DNA of 62,312 nucleotides, counting the filler, from Choristocarpus tenellus KU-1152 (lineage: Eukaryota > Protista > Phaeophyceae): the NCBI GenBank assembly GCA_964200185.2. It is 13 parts of 13 records of this genome, joined end to end, with 100 filler letters (N's around TTAATTAATTAA, not from the genome) between each part and the next. Parts side by side here need not be neighbours in the genome. Positions count along the whole stretch, not along the records: positions 9,128 to 14,599 come from CAXNAD020010674.1; positions 14,700 to 19,275 come from CAXNAD020013947.1; positions 19,376 to 22,849 come from CAXNAD020019790.1; positions 22,950 to 28,826 come from CAXNAD020009534.1; 9 more parts are not named here. One strand, written 5' to 3'. The translations under genes and the position numbers were made by a program. Positions 12,601-25,893 of this stretch are shown piece by piece (the first letter of the stretch is position 1; each line of letters starts with the position of its first letter). The notes under the pieces are model-generated. The model was not told the origin of the DNA. It saw nothing but the letters and a program-made list of their open reading frames with translations, and did no database searches.

Positions 12601-14500
12601 ATTTCTTTTAACGAATTGAATGGACTAGGGAGGCGTTACGGTTAGGGTTAGGGTTGGGTACCTCTCTTCCTCTATGACCCTCCACTGGTTGAGGTTAGTT
12701 AGGGTTGGAGCTCTTATCATGGTGTGGGAGTAAAAATGTCCAAAAGTGACTTACCATGTATGCTGGGTGTGTGATTCATTGTCTAGTTCCTTGGGTGTGT
12801 TAGGGTGAATTGGGAAATGTAAATTTTTTAGGTTAAATTTTAGATCAGCCGTTAGAACGCGTGTGTAGCTGTGAGGTTCGATGAATATACTTCAACTTCA
12901 ACTTCAACAAAGAGAACAAAAAAACAGAAAAATTTCAAAGAAAGAAAAAAGCACATTGGAACATGAATATAATAACTTTTATCAACACATATCAACAAAA
13001 CCGCCTACTTACACACTGTCTAAAAACTCATCCACAATATTCCATAGGAAATGTGGTAACTGAGCAGAATGCCTTCCTTCTCTATTGTCCCCTCCTGATA
13101 CTCACTTTTCAGCCTCCAATTCATGGATCAAAGCCTCCCTCTCCCTGGAGTGAGACACCTCCTTGGAAGATAGCTCCGCCTTGAGAGCCATGAGCTAAAT
13201 TTTTGAAAAAAATCAACACCAAACCAAAAAAAAATCATCGTAAGTTAATGATCTCTCATAAAAAAAAGTCATAAAACAGGTAATCACGTGTAAAAAAAAG
13301 CAAAATATGACCAACACAACACAAAAATATTATCAAGATAACTTTTGCTAGACTATCTAACAATAAAATAATTAACATCATTACTAAAGCAATAAAAATA
13401 TATGAACAAATTATTTACTAATAAAAAATATTATACTAATAGGGCTGTAAAGCCCTAGCCTCAAGTGACGTGTCTCCTCTCCAAATAATACTCTAGCCAT
13501 AACCCTAATAAACAGCTGTATCCCCTCCCCCAAAACTTATCCCATACAAAATAATAAATTCCCTTCCCTTAACATACACACACAATATACGCAACCCCTT
13601 TATCAACAATAATAACAAGCATCAAATACACACAACATTATACTGTACCCTATATTGCCAACAACAATAACGCTAAAATACCTTTTACAAGAGATCTGAC
13701 TCAGATATCTCCTTGAAAATAAAAAGAGATGAAAGACGTAAATACTATTGAGTGCAATTTACATGCAATACAGCACATCCTTCTCAAGTCAAAAATAAAC
13801 AGGATACTTCACACATGACACCTGCCATTGACCCTGTAACACCTAAATCTTCTGCACAGTACACCCAAGCAGCTAGTAATTTTTGGCTATCCACTATATA
13901 TTGTTCATCAGTTACCTACTCCCATTTATCAGCTATCCACTATATATTGTTCATCAGTTACCTACTCCTATTGATCGACTACCTGCTGTTACTTATGAGA
14001 TATGCCCTGCTGTTCATCAGTTACACACCACTACTTCCTCTGTTCAGCATCAGTTAAAACAGTTTGTGGGGCAATCAATCATACACAAAATAGTTGATCT
14101 TACAAAACACCATTACTATTTTTAAAAGGTTACCCTAAAACAACACCCCAAATCCAACACAGTCTACTCTACCTACATTCTATCCTAAACCGCGCACTAC
14201 AATGAAATATTATTATTTTTCCTCATCCAATCAAACATTCAAACTCACGCTCAACAGAGTAAATCACTCCCACTCCGAACCACTTACCAGTTACCCACTC
14301 ATCTCAATCAGCCATCCACTATTATTCATCTACTTCCAACGCCAACAATCACCAACCTGTGCAGTGACAGCATCCAACTGCGCCTCTTTCTCTCCTAGGA
14401 ACCTCTTAGAAAACCTGGCTTCTGCCTTAGCCTCCGAAAGCTGTCCTGCCAAGCGTGCCAGCTCTTGATCCATCTGGTGTGTATCCTTAGCTGCCCTTCG
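9622..14500 (-). CDS. Multi-exon coiled-coil protein, partial (exons about 14358-14500, 13060-13195, 10984-11087, 10680-10752, 9622-9732)
   Basis: Short E/K/R/A-rich open exons (GRLKLSEEEVARGKEAATREEERLRLVEGNATELQQK; MKNDMKALAEKQFSQANKHFKALQ) bounded by splice signals. Confidence 0.65.
10190..10415. repeat. Intronic minisatellite, about 74-bp unit x3
   Basis: CTAGAGTACTACAACTTGCATTGGTATTTTATTTCAAAA... repeated. Confidence 0.9.
11105..11322. repeat. Intronic minisatellite, about 71-bp unit x3
   Basis: AAAATTAGTATGCACATGCATACATGCACTAGGACACTGTCCTATGTAGCATTCATCCACTATTGC repeated. Confidence 0.9.
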
Positions 14501-15996
14501 GAGGTCAAAAAAAAAATTATCTTAAAAAAAAAAGCTTCCGAGGTTTAGGGACTGATTAAAATATATATATATATATATAAAAAAATAAAAAAAAAAAAAN
14601 NNNNNNNNNNNNNNNNNNNNNNNNNNNNNNNNNNNNNNNNNNNTTAATTAATTAANNNNNNNNNNNNNNNNNNNNNNNNNNNNNNNNNNNNNNNNNNNNA
14701 ACAACCATACCCATAGTCCGGGGCCATCCCCAATTTTGAGGATCCCCTGTTACATGTATGTGACATATAAGGGAGGTCACGCAAAAGTGTTCGGAAAAAA
14801 TAAAGCAAAACCTCTCTGTGATTCAGGGGAGGTACCTTGTTGAGTGTCTTGATACGTTTTCAAATGCTGGTTCCTGTTCAAGGTTGGATTTGACAAGAAG
14901 AATAAATCATAAATCACCAGATGATGATTCATGATGGATACACCAGACGGACTAGGTAGCCGTAGTGGGGATGGCTCGGTAAGAACGCTTTTTAAGAATG
15001 ACTTGACAAGAGCGGAAGGAATTTTGGCTGGGCTGCTTCGAGGAAGACATTTTGAAAGGGACAGGTTGGGTCCCAGTTTTAGCGTTTAAGCTTAAAAGAA
15101 GACTAGAAATGGTTGGCCCACAAATCTACATGGAATTGGGTACTTCATCTCCGAAGGAATTGCAAAATCGGACACCAAAACAAAATCGTTCAAGAGGGTA
15201 GGGTGGAGGAGTTGGAGATTGAAGTTGAGAGATCAAAGGAAGTTTCTCTGTATAGTACCTGCATGTAAAATGATTAATCAAGTGTGTACCTGGTTTGATT
15301 TTATTCATCCTTACCTGTCCTTGTGCCGGGTGTAGGTTGGTTGGGTTAGGATTGGATGATTTGCATGTGAATTACGTGGAGTATATATCATCCAATATTC
15401 AATGGTATTGTTCTAGGGTTCAGATCTTTAATAGTAGAGTCATTTTCGTATACATTATAAAAGTAAAGACGACCTTGACGTTCATATGCTCTTTAAAACC
15501 CTGGCACACCCACCACAAATTATGATCGTTCTCACTCTGTCCTGACGTACCCACCTCTCTTTGTTGCCCCTAGACTATCCTCAGGCACTATCTATCCTCC
15601 CAAATTGATTTTCAAGACCTTCCATACATGCCTTTGATCACAGAAAAACACACATGACGATTACAGATTATAGGACAACGACGATGTGGTCAAATTGGAG
15701 AGGTTTGAGGGAAGAGTCTCTTATTGGGCGGTCCTTGTTATCGTCAAGTTAACAGACAGACGTAGTAGTTGGACCACTTCATTCTTTCTATGGCTACTTA
15801 TTGTACTTGTTGCGAAAATTGGTCCCCAGAAATTGTAAAATAAAATGGAATACGGTGGCATTTCTTTCGGGATACATACGGTTGATTCGTGGTCTAATTT
15901 TATATTTGGCATCGATCAGGGACCAAGTACCTACTACTGTATGTATTAAGTAGGTGTAATGGTTGCCAAAACAATGTATATTTATAGTATATTTCT

Positions 15997-16182
15997 GGGT
16001 CAAAGTATCTGGGGGGGGGGGGGGTGTGTCGGCGTCCGTTTTTCACCCTTTTTTTCGATTTTCACTTTTTGGTGTGATTTGGTCGCACGTGTCAGATTTG
16101 AAATGTCAGCAAAAAAAAAAAATGTTTGACCGAAACGGACGCCCCCTCACAAACCACCCCCCCCCCTCAGATACTTTGACTC
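15997..16182. mobile_element. MITE family B (subtype 1), complete, 186 bp
   Basis: GGGTCAAAGTATCTGGGG...CCCTCAGATACTTTGACTC; TTCT TSD at 15993-15996 and 16183-16186. Confidence 0.92.
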
Positions 16183-16743
16183 TTCTAGGAGTCGTTCAAA
16201 AACTGAATTTTAACATTTTCTTGGATAAGATAGTAGCTCTATGGTGCATATCTACGAAACGAGAAATTCCAGCTTTAGAAGGACTAGTCGAAACTATGTC
16301 GTTGATTATTACGCAAGTGCTTCTTGTCTGATGTCGAATATAAAATGAGAAACAAAAGGTAATGTGTGCCTGTATTTGTGAGATTCGGGGGACCAAATTT
16401 CCTTAACTGTAAGAAGCGGCTAAACCACAAGATTGAAGAAGTGATTACTGCAATGGCAAGCCTTCCAGGTTCACACATCCAACTCCTGGGATTTGAGTAT
16501 TTCAGTGGGATTCAGGGGTTGTTGAAAAGGACATGACAATGACCACGGTGAATTGGGTCATCAGCTATTGTCACTCATGTATTCTTCAATTACCGTTCAG
16601 GGTATTCGAACTCCCACATCTCTTCGTAGATGATCTATCGTGTTGTTGTCGCATCTACACAAAAAAAAACATTTTTTTGCTTAGACCAGGTCAATATGTT
16701 GAACATTTAAGAATATCATTTTATTGTTTTTTTAGTTGTTCTG

Positions 16744-16825
16744 GACATCGTGACCGAGTGGTTAAGGTGCGATACTCCTAAATTTGTGTGAACCGCACGC
16801 GTGAGTTCGAATCTCACCGGTATCG
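16744..16825 (+). pseudogene. tRNA-Ser-like (long variable arm) pseudogene or SINE head; anticodon reads CCT
   Basis: 82 nt; A-box TGACCGAGTGGTTAAGG; perfect T-arm GTGAG-TTCGAAT-CTCAC; acceptor stem 6/7 paired; anticodon stem broken. Confidence 0.75.
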
Positions 16826-17163
16826 TCAAAGAGATTCTTTCTCAACTCTGTACTTTACCACAAGCATCCATTACATGATTAGACCATCTCTGCTATACAC
16901 ACGTTTTCACCCCTGTTTCGTTTTGCTTTTTGACATCTTGGGGCATTTCGAAACGGAAAATCGTGACAAGTGACAATTTTGCAGCAATTTTGAGGCATTT
17001 TTGAACGAGGCAAAACTGAACAGAGGATGGATGAGACCATTCTCGACCAATTTTCAAGGCAAATCCGAACGGAATTCTTGGTGCTTTGATTTGCTCTCTG
17101 TTGTTGTTCGTAGCAATGTACCTGGGGCTAAAGAGTTTTTACCTATACCACACCTGGTTCAAG

Positions 17164-18800
17164 ATGGACAAAATGGATTATGAGAGTGAGAGAGACAAAA
17201 TGTCATTGTCCTCAGGTTCATCCTCCTCGAGTTCATCGTCTTTCGATGAATCTATCTTTATGTTGGAGGCGTCAGCTAGGATAAACGCAACTGGGATAAT
17301 GCTCATCTCCGCTTTGATGGACAAGGAGGACGAGGAGGAAGAACATCCATTATTTCGCAGGTTTCGCGTTCCCCAAGACCGGCCCGTTTACATGGCAAGC
17401 TCGTGGGGTTTATGCTGGGGAGAGAAGAAGATCTGAGAGACGTCACTTCGAGGGAGGCGCTTAAGTTCAGGAGGCGGTTCTGAGTCCCATTTGTTTTCTT
17501 TGAAGATTTAGTGAAGGAGGTACAAAGGCAGGGGTGGCTTGGTTGTCGAACCGCAGATGCCACCGGACGCCCTGGCATACCCGTGAAGCTGAAGGTGAGC
17601 ATACCCAGCAGTAGAGTTTGTGCGTGAAAGGGCTACCTCGATAGGGCTCGTAGATTCAATCATCCTTTGGTTTGACAGTACTGGATGTGACTTGCCGCCT
17701 GCAGGTGGTATCGGTTCTCCAAATCCTCGCCAGGGGAAACTGCTTTGATGGCATCGTGCAACTTTCCGGTATATCTGAGAGCACAGCACAAGCAACATTT
17801 CACCGCTTCTCTGAGTGTTTTGCACGTGATATGTACTCGAGTTGGATTTATCTACCAGAGGGCAAATAGTTGGGGGAGGTCATGCGCATGTATGGAGCTG
17901 TAGGGTTTCCTGGTGCTCTGGGTTCCACTGATGTGACACATGTGCGGTGGGAGAGGGCGCTCGTTAGTGATGCCCCGTATTACATTGGTAAGGAGGGTTG
18001 CGCGACGGTCGCCTATGAAGTGACCGTTGATCATACTGGATTTGCACGGGGAGTCACGGCTGGGTTTCCCGGGGCCAAACACGATAAGACAATCATTCGA
18101 TATGATGGTGCTATCCAGAAATTTGGGAATGGCCCCACATACAGACAGCTGGAGTACAACGTCAAGGACTCCGTCGGGAACTGTTACACCAAGAAAGGGG
18201 CCTATGTCCTTGTCGATGGGGGCTACCACAAGTTGACAGGAAAAACGAGACTGTACGGCCATGCCTATGTCAGTGTTATCTCCTGTGAAAATGAGTGCTC
18301 ATCAAACTAGCAAGTCAACATTCCTCAGCCCAACCCGATCTTTGCCTTTGCAGTGGAGGTGCACAATATGCCCCCTGAGGGCATCTGTCACACAGGCATA
18401 GGCAAGGAGGAGTGAATGAGCGGAGAGTGTACGCAAGGATGTCAAGCGCTTTTTTGGCAGAGTCAAGGGTCGCTTAAGAATCCTCAAGCTTCCACTACTA
18501 TATTCGGAAAGGAAGAGGATAGATAGCATATTCTTCACTTGCTGCATATTGCAAAATATGCTTCATTGATATGATGGTCTTGGAGAGTTGGACAGGGAAT
18601 GCTGGTCTGCATAATGCCTTCTAAAGTGACCCTTACACTGATTCCACACAGATGGGCATGCCAAGGGACCAGAGGGGAGGAGGGTCTGAAGAGTATGTGG
18701 AGAGGGAGATGGGATTTGATGAGCTTAGGAATAGGCTGACAGCACACTACAAGCACCAGGAAGAAAACAGATAGGTTGTTTGAATGAGGTCCTGATGATG
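17164..18800 (+). mobile_element. PIF/Harbinger (DDE_Tnp_4-type) transposase pseudogene with introns
   Basis: FRRRF, VLQILARGNCFD, GFPGALGSTDVTHVRW, GFPGAKHDKTI, YVLVDGGYHK, SVRKDVKRFFGRVKGRLRILK motifs; in-frame stops (e.g. TAG 17867-17869); GT-AG intron about 17595-17704. Confidence 0.88.
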
Positions 18801-18971
18801 TGATCTTGCTTGTCAAACAGTGCTTTGCATTTTGTGCTATTGACACTTAATGTGATAGTCAATGGTACAAATGGTATTTTACTTTTGCAAAGTACATACA
18901 AGAAGAGGTAGGAAGAAGAAATACAGGACAAAGAGTCATTTGTCAGTACAATGTAGAGAGTGATTGAGAGT

Positions 18972-19213
18972 GAGTGAAAGTATCTCAGAGGGAACGAGTT
19001 TTTCCCTGTTTGTCCATTTGGGGCTTGATTTCCCTCGGGGGGTTTTTATGACATTTTCCTACTCCGAAATGTGTACGTTATGAAAAGGTGTTTCCGCAAC
19101 AAGGATATTGACACTTCCTGACATAGATGATAAGCCAAAATTATATCAAAATCGCAACATTGTATTTTTGCCCCCAAACGGACGCGGCTCTACCCTCTAA
19201 GATACTTCGGTTC
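18972..19213 (+). mobile_element. MITE family A
   Basis: TIRs and interior match the other copies; no clear TSD. Confidence 0.88.
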
Positions 19214-19375
19214 TTACTAAGTTGAGCCGATCTCGTGATCATCTTTCATGTTAGAGGCGGTATGTATGTACGTAGNNNNNNNNNNNNNNNNNNNNNNNNN
19301 NNNNNNNNNNNNNNNNNNNTTAATTAATTAANNNNNNNNNNNNNNNNNNNNNNNNNNNNNNNNNNNNNNNNNNNN

Positions 19376-19400
19376 CCCCCCCTCACAGATACTTTGGGTC
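19376..19400. mobile_element. MITE family B right terminus at contig start
   Basis: CCCCCCCTCACAGATACTTTGGGTC. Confidence 0.7.
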
Positions 19401-19411
19401 TCAATGACAAT

Positions 19412-21972
19412 GTTCCTACAACAATGTATCTCTGTGTATGGAACAGATGTTGTTCTTCAGGTGGAGGGTATCAGATAGATAAGTTGGTGCAAGGAGAGAC
19501 TTGCCACGGACAAGGCAGTAAGGTCTAGGTAGGGGGAGTCATCTGAAGGCTGCAGGGAAAAAGTGGAGTGTTTGTCATTTCGACAGATGTAAACCGTCAA
19601 GATGACATCATGGCAGGCGAACTGATAAGCATGCAAGGTTCCTGATTCCCAGTCAACGGTACTGATGACATGGGCAGGAACCATGGGCATTTCAGGACCA
19701 GTATCATGTTGGGAAATCAATGTCCTGTTGGGGTATTGGGGCCCTGGCGGGAAAGTTGTGTCCCAAGTTCTACCTTCTATAATGGAGCCGCCAAAAAGGT
19801 ATACCTTAGAATGAAGATGGCTATTATTTATGCTACGTATGTCTAAAAACATGTACATGTATTTGTCCGTTTGTATTTCAACTTTTGAAGGAGGCTTTAC
19901 CAGCCAGATAAAGATAGCAATGACTGATTGTAATATTTGGCATATTTAACCATAGAAACATTAAGTTATTTTCCAGGCAGTTATTTCACCTTTCACGTCA
20001 ATCAAGGCACCTCAGCACGGGCAAATAACCCAAAATGGCAGATCCGTCATTTTTTCGGACATTCCTTAGACCTCCGTTTTCATGCCCACTAATAGTATCA
20101 GTGTTTCAGTACCAGCAAATTGTGTAAAACGTGTATCACGTGTAGAGTCCAGTAATGGTCTCAACGCTCAATGGCACAGGCTAGTGGTCAGACTCACAGA
20201 CTCGACATGGTATCAGCTCAGATGTTTGGTTTGCTCAGGAGGATGTGATTTTAGGGTGTACAAAAAACATGCTTTGGGACATGGAGACATGGGGTAGGTT
20301 GTCGTCGGCGTGTTCCGAATATTTTGATATTCACATGGAATTTTGTTACCTATTCTTCCAAATGATAACTGAATATTTGTCCATAAACTCCATACATACA
20401 TAGAAAATTCGTTTTATACATCGAAAAGAACACAAAATACAACAATTGGTGTGGAATGTGCTAAAATAATACTTCGATATTACACAAAACATCAAACCTG
20501 AGATATGATAAACTCGAAAAATACGATGATGACCTTCCTGTAACAGAAGTGCAACATTGTACAAACGAGTATGAATCTATCCAACTTGTCCTTGTACACC
20601 AACAATTACTACTACCTTATCCTGTCGTGGAGATTTACCTTCTTGTCCGATGGCGCTTCTGATATTATATCGTTCTTCCAGAAGAAGTGCGTATGAATAC
20701 ACTTTTGCTGCGGTTGTGGTGATATACTACTATACTCAAGGAGTATCACCTCTGTATGTTACACAGTTATCATATCATTTGTACATTATTTGTGGGAGGA
20801 AGTCTTAGCCCTTTTCCACAATATAATATATATATATATATACGCACATACATGAGGCCAGGATTGTCTCTGATATGTGGTGGCACTATTAAATAGGTTT
20901 CTTATCTGTATTGTATGGTACCGTAGAAAGTAGGAATCAATTCTACTACCGAACGTCTGAATACAAACTATTATTTTTCATAGTACTTTGGAGTAGATGT
21001 AGCACAGAGCTCAGTATACCTATATATATTATGAGGTGTTCGTGCGATATCCATCTAAGGTTGAAACATTTTATGGAGGGTGTTCAATGAAATAAACAAG
21101 CGCTGTTCCTATTTTCAAGAGGGTGATACACTTTCGTAGGACTACCTGTAGTTGCCTAAAATGATGCATGATAACATGTATTAGATAGTAAGCAACTAAC
21201 CTTTATTATGAGTTGTACATTATTATGTGAGCAACAGAGCTCATGTGAATTTGTACCTATAGCATGGCCTTGGAGTCGCATTGTGTTCTTATTGTTGAAA
21301 GATATCTTCAACTGTCTTGCAGCATCCTCCACCCACTCAACCACATAATATTTTACTATTTTCTGTCACACAGATGTAATTATTTGTTTCCATGGGCTCT
21401 AAAAAATAGTTCCATCGCGATTTACTCCCTCATTATTATTTTACGATCTGCATTTACCAATCCCAGTGAAGAAAGTTAATTCAAAGGTAGCTTTGCTGGG
21501 AAATCTTCCAATAGCCATGCTGTCTGTATCCGTAAACCATGTATCCAATTCTTTTAATTTTTAATAGTAATCTTCATTCTAAGGTACAATTTTTTTGCGG
21601 CTCCACTATAAAGGTAGAACTTGGGACAAAATTACCTTGTCAGGGTCACAATACCCCAACAGGACATTGACTTCCCAACATGATACTGGTCTTGAAATGC
21701 CCATGGTTCCTGCCCATCTCATCCGTACCCTTGTCCAGGAATTAGGATCCTTACAAGCTATCATTTCGCCTGTCATGATGCCATCTTGACGGTTTACATC
21801 TGTCAAAATGAACAACACTCCACCTTTTCCCTGCAGTCTTCAGATGTCTCCCCCTACCTAGGCCTGACTGTTTTCTCTGCCTCAAGTCTCTCCTTCCCCA
21901 GCTTATCAATAATCTGGTACCCTCCACCTGAAGATCAACATCTGTTCCACACACAGAGGTACCTTGTTGTAG
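19412..21972. repeat. Diverged inverted duplication; arms about 19412-19826 and 21563-21972
   Basis: Opposite-strand ORFs share GRTWD...QYPNRTL.SQHDTG.EMPMVPAH and TVYIC.N..HSTFSLQ. Confidence 0.9.
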
Positions 21973-22670
21973 GAGTTTTGTCGAGTTGTGTGTGTTCGGC
22001 CAGGACGATGGCAGTAACAGTGAAGGTGACCATTTGGACTGGCCGTGCTTGAGTTGAAGAGAGAGAGACCATGTGCCTTCAGCCTCCCAACAAGTTCACG
22101 ACATGACACAGGTCCAGGCTTTGGGTTAGCGCTACAAGGAGACTGAAACGTTTGTTCATGCTGAAGGCAACACCAGCGATAAACCTGATATCACTGCCGA
22201 GATCAGTGAACAGGCTCAAAGGTTGTTTCTGCAAGTACAGCCAAATGTTTTCTGACAGGACCATAAGTGTATTTAACATAATGATATGGTGAATACCACC
22301 AACGAGTGACAACACTGCTATACCAGTGCCCACAGGTGTTGTGGAGGGGTGAGGCCATGCTATTTGTTGTGAAGGAACAGTCGGTGACAAACCAGTCTGA
22401 CTTTGTTGACCTCAAACCTGACAATTTCATCTGTATCACTTGAGCAAAAACCAAGTTTGATCACCCCTCTAATTATCTGAGTACACCACAATGTGATATC
22501 ATCTGGACTCTGACTATTAAATTCACATGTCAAAACACGCAGTTAAGAATGTTTCAAAATACAATTTGCTTCTAAATTTTCAACTACTCATCTTTTTTAC
22601 ATAGTGCCACATTAATGCCTTCATATTAATTTACTGTGTTCAAGGAATACAACACTGAACAACACAATCA

Positions 22671-22849
22671 GGCTCAAGGTATCCAAGGGGGGGGTGGCAG
22701 CTGTCCATTTGAGGTCAATTGTTTCAAGTCGCGATTTTTGGGTGATTTGGTTGCATACGTCGGATGGATAATGTAAGTGCACTTTTCCTGTTTATGCCCC
22801 AAATGGACACCCTGGTGTACCCCCCCCCTCCCCCCAGATAAATTAGGTC
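22671..22849. mobile_element. MITE family B (subtype 2)
   Basis: GGCTCAAGGTATCC...CCCCCAGATA; interior like 8829-9013. Confidence 0.82.
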
Positions 22850-24707
22850 NNNNNNNNNNNNNNNNNNNNNNNNNNNNNNNNNNNNNNNNNNNNTTAATTA
22901 ATTAANNNNNNNNNNNNNNNNNNNNNNNNNNNNNNNNNNNNNNNNNNNNAAGGTTGGAGCGTCCAAAGTTTCTGAAGTGATTTTAATTCTCATACGCGGT
23001 TTTTACCTTCCTTCAAAATCTGGTGTTTTCTCAACACCACCCAGTAGCAAAGAAGTCCTCTTAATCCGTCAACTATGTACAGTCGCGAAGAGACTTGGGA
23101 CAAGCAGTGAAGTGTCTGTGTAGCCATCGAGATAAAAATCGAATAATCCGTTAATTACGTAGCGACCAATACGTTTGCAAAGATCAACCATTAAATTTTA
23201 CGGCCTACACAGTGATGTGTTTCTTAGTGACTGGCATGCCCTTAATAATCCATCAATTACTAGTTCACAACAACGGAGCACTTGGTGTCGCAAAGCACCT
23301 CGTGTTTGATGAGGTAAGTATGTGGTGTTGATGTAATGGAGGGCAAGTGTGAAATACATTCCTTGCCTATGCTCCTCAGTGTCAGACTTGAAAATTGCAC
23401 CAAGTGAATATATCTACTATGTATTCATTGTACTCACTCTTGACGCCCGTTATCTCGCAAGTGCTCGGGTCCATTTTCTCTCTGTCATCTGTTCTTGGGT
23501 AGAAAATGATCCAATTCAGTCAGTAATGCTTTTGTTTTCCAGGATATTGGTCTTGGTTATTCTACCTACAACTTATCTAGACTGCTTTATTGATTTTGAT
23601 TATAATAATAAGTCAAAACGTGAAGTTGTGTTAAGGAAACAGTAATGGTAGAGATCGAAACCAATTGAGGGGTAGGCTGGTTTGGACCCTTTTGCATTTG
23701 TTTAAGCCATATTTCTTGCCCTGTGCGATACACTCTGCTTCATTGCTTTATGTCCACAAAGTAGTAGACATAAAATTCCTCACTTTCTGCGCACTTTCTG
23801 TAATTGCACAAAATGGCATCGTTTTGTTCTATCTCGACATCCTTAAAATTCAATCCTACCTACCTCTCGGTTTGACTCAGCGGTCTTCCAAGGTATGGAA
23901 TATATAGACACAGGCTTATCATCCCTTTGGTATGTCAAAAGGTCTGTTTTTTCTCTATGTACACCCCATAGCAAATACTAAATCATTGATGACATCCTAG
24001 AGGTCCCTAATTATAATAAAGGTTGCCTCCATTTCAATGATAAGTGGATTAAATCAATTTTATCTAGTCTGAGAGGTTAAAAACTAATCAGTAAAAAAAT
24101 GTAGCCACAGAAAAGGCTGTAAGACCACTGAAAAATAAACACAACACAAAACAAAAGCCTATATTTTCTGAGAGTTGTGAGACTGGTTTGTATAATAGGA
24201 TATGGTTAGTGTGGTTTTTTCCTCATTTTAAAATCCAATGTAGGCAATAAGGAATCTGTGAGAGCTCAACATTATGAAACTGGTGGATTGCCCTGCCCAT
24301 GTTACACAATAGTGTAACAGTACCCCAAGTGACCCAAACCAAAAGAAGGGCAGGTTTTTGAACCTTTTGCACTCTAAGACATCTTTCCTAAGCCAAGACT
24401 CTGAAAGTGTAGAAAACGTTGTCTTTTTGACCTTTCTAGAGATCCTTGAAATGCAACCATTCTTAACTCTCATTTGGTGTGACTCTATTAAGTAGCATTG
24501 AGACCTAGAGCTACGACATGTCTTACAAACATGAAGCAATCCATATGTGGAAGGAAAAGGTATCAAAGTAATGGATGAGATCGAACCGTGTCTACTAAGA
24601 GGGTACAGAGTTAATATATGACACATACGTATTTACAGGCTTCAGTCTTATCCCCTCATTTAGAGAAAATACATGTCTTTTCGTGAGGTCACTCTTTCAG
24701 GAATGGT

Positions 24708-24724
24708 GGTGTTGAGTAAGCACC
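24708..24724 (-). promoter_or_regulatory. Degenerate histone 3' stem-loop (H2B)
   Basis: GGTGCTTACTCAACACC followed by ACC, about 70 nt past the stop. Confidence 0.6.
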
Positions 24725-24795
24725 AAATATTGCGGTTGTGCACTGTATTCATGGATGATGTAGGTAGGTCGTATCCTCTCTCAATCTGCCTTGGA

Positions 24796-25110
24796 TTATG
24801 AAGATGTGAACTTGGTGACGACCTTGGTGCCTTCAGATACAGCGTGTTTGGCGACTTCACGAGAAGACAGAGTTGCATTCTTGTTGTAATGCGTCAGACA
24901 ACCAGACTCGCTCACCACGTGCTCAAGTATGTCGTTGATGAACGAGCTCATGATCGACATGCCCCGCTTAGAGATATTAGTGTCGGGGTGGACCTGCTTC
25001 GGCACCTTGTAGATGTATGAGCTGTACGACTCCATACACTTGCTCTTGTTCTTCTTCTCACCAACCTTCTTGGGAGCCTTTGCAGACTTCTTGGATGGGA
25101 TTTTGGCCAT
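24796..25110 (-). pseudogene. H2B: Histone H2B pseudogene
   Basis: [15 protein letters not shown]...[17 protein letters not shown]...[18 protein letters not shown]; about 12 aa deleted after TLSSRE plus many substitutions. Confidence 0.92.
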
Positions 25111-25444
25111 GGTTGAAGAGTTGGGTGACGGGTCGAGACGAGAAGGGGTACTTGCGGCAATAGTGTGCGTAGTGAGGAACTTCAGAAAGGGGGGATGACT
25201 CAATACGCAATATGTGGTCCGTATTAGGAGGATAGGCCATAATGACAAGTTATTCTTTGTCCTCCGTTACTGGCTTGGCAAATCCAATCTCCATATGATA
25301 TTCTTCCCCCAATCATCTTACACAATTTCAAATATCTTCGAAGGTTTTGGATTTGATCATCTTAACATACCAATCCCAAACCTTCACACAATACACAACA
25401 ACACCAGCCAAAAATACACAACATTCAACAACCAAGAAAAAATT

Positions 25445-25815
25445 ATCAAGGGGAAGAACGGACGGGGTGACTCCAGGAAGTCGACTTCAAGGTCGGCCAA
25501 GGCTGGACTTCAGTTCCCTGTTGGCCGTGTTGGTCGTTTCCTCAAGCACGGCAAGTATGCCACCCGTGTTGGCACTGGGACCTCAGTTTACCTCGCCGCC
25601 GTCCTCGAGTCATGACTGCTGAGGTACTCGAACTGGCAGGCAACTCTGCTCGTGACAATAAGAAGGCTTGCATCTTTCCTCGCCACATCCAGCTGTCTGT
25701 GCGCAATGATGAGGAGCTGAACAAGCGTCTAGGGGAAGTAACCATCGCGTCTGGCAGCTTGCTGCCCAACATCCATGCTGTTCTTCTGCCCAAGAAGTCT
25801 GGTAGGAAGGCGTAA
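25445..25815 (+). pseudogene. H2A: Histone H2A pseudogene
   Basis: [20 protein letters not shown]...YLAAVLE / [11 protein letters not shown]...[13 protein letters not shown]; start codon reads ATC; frameshift at about 25610. Confidence 0.92.
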
Positions 25816-25874
25816 TTTGTGTTTCTCTTCCTGCAAAGTATCTAGGCCAATCTCTGGTCAGATCTATCGAACCT

Positions 25875-25890
25875 GGTCTTTCTAAACACC
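25875..25890 (+). promoter_or_regulatory. Degenerate histone 3' stem-loop (H2A)
   Basis: GGTCTT-TCTA-AACACC followed by ACC, 60 nt after the stop. Confidence 0.6.
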
Positions 25891-25893
25891 ACC

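Noticed and set aside
14700-16560. Possible decayed retroelement-like fragments
   Set aside because: No motif strong enough to support a call.
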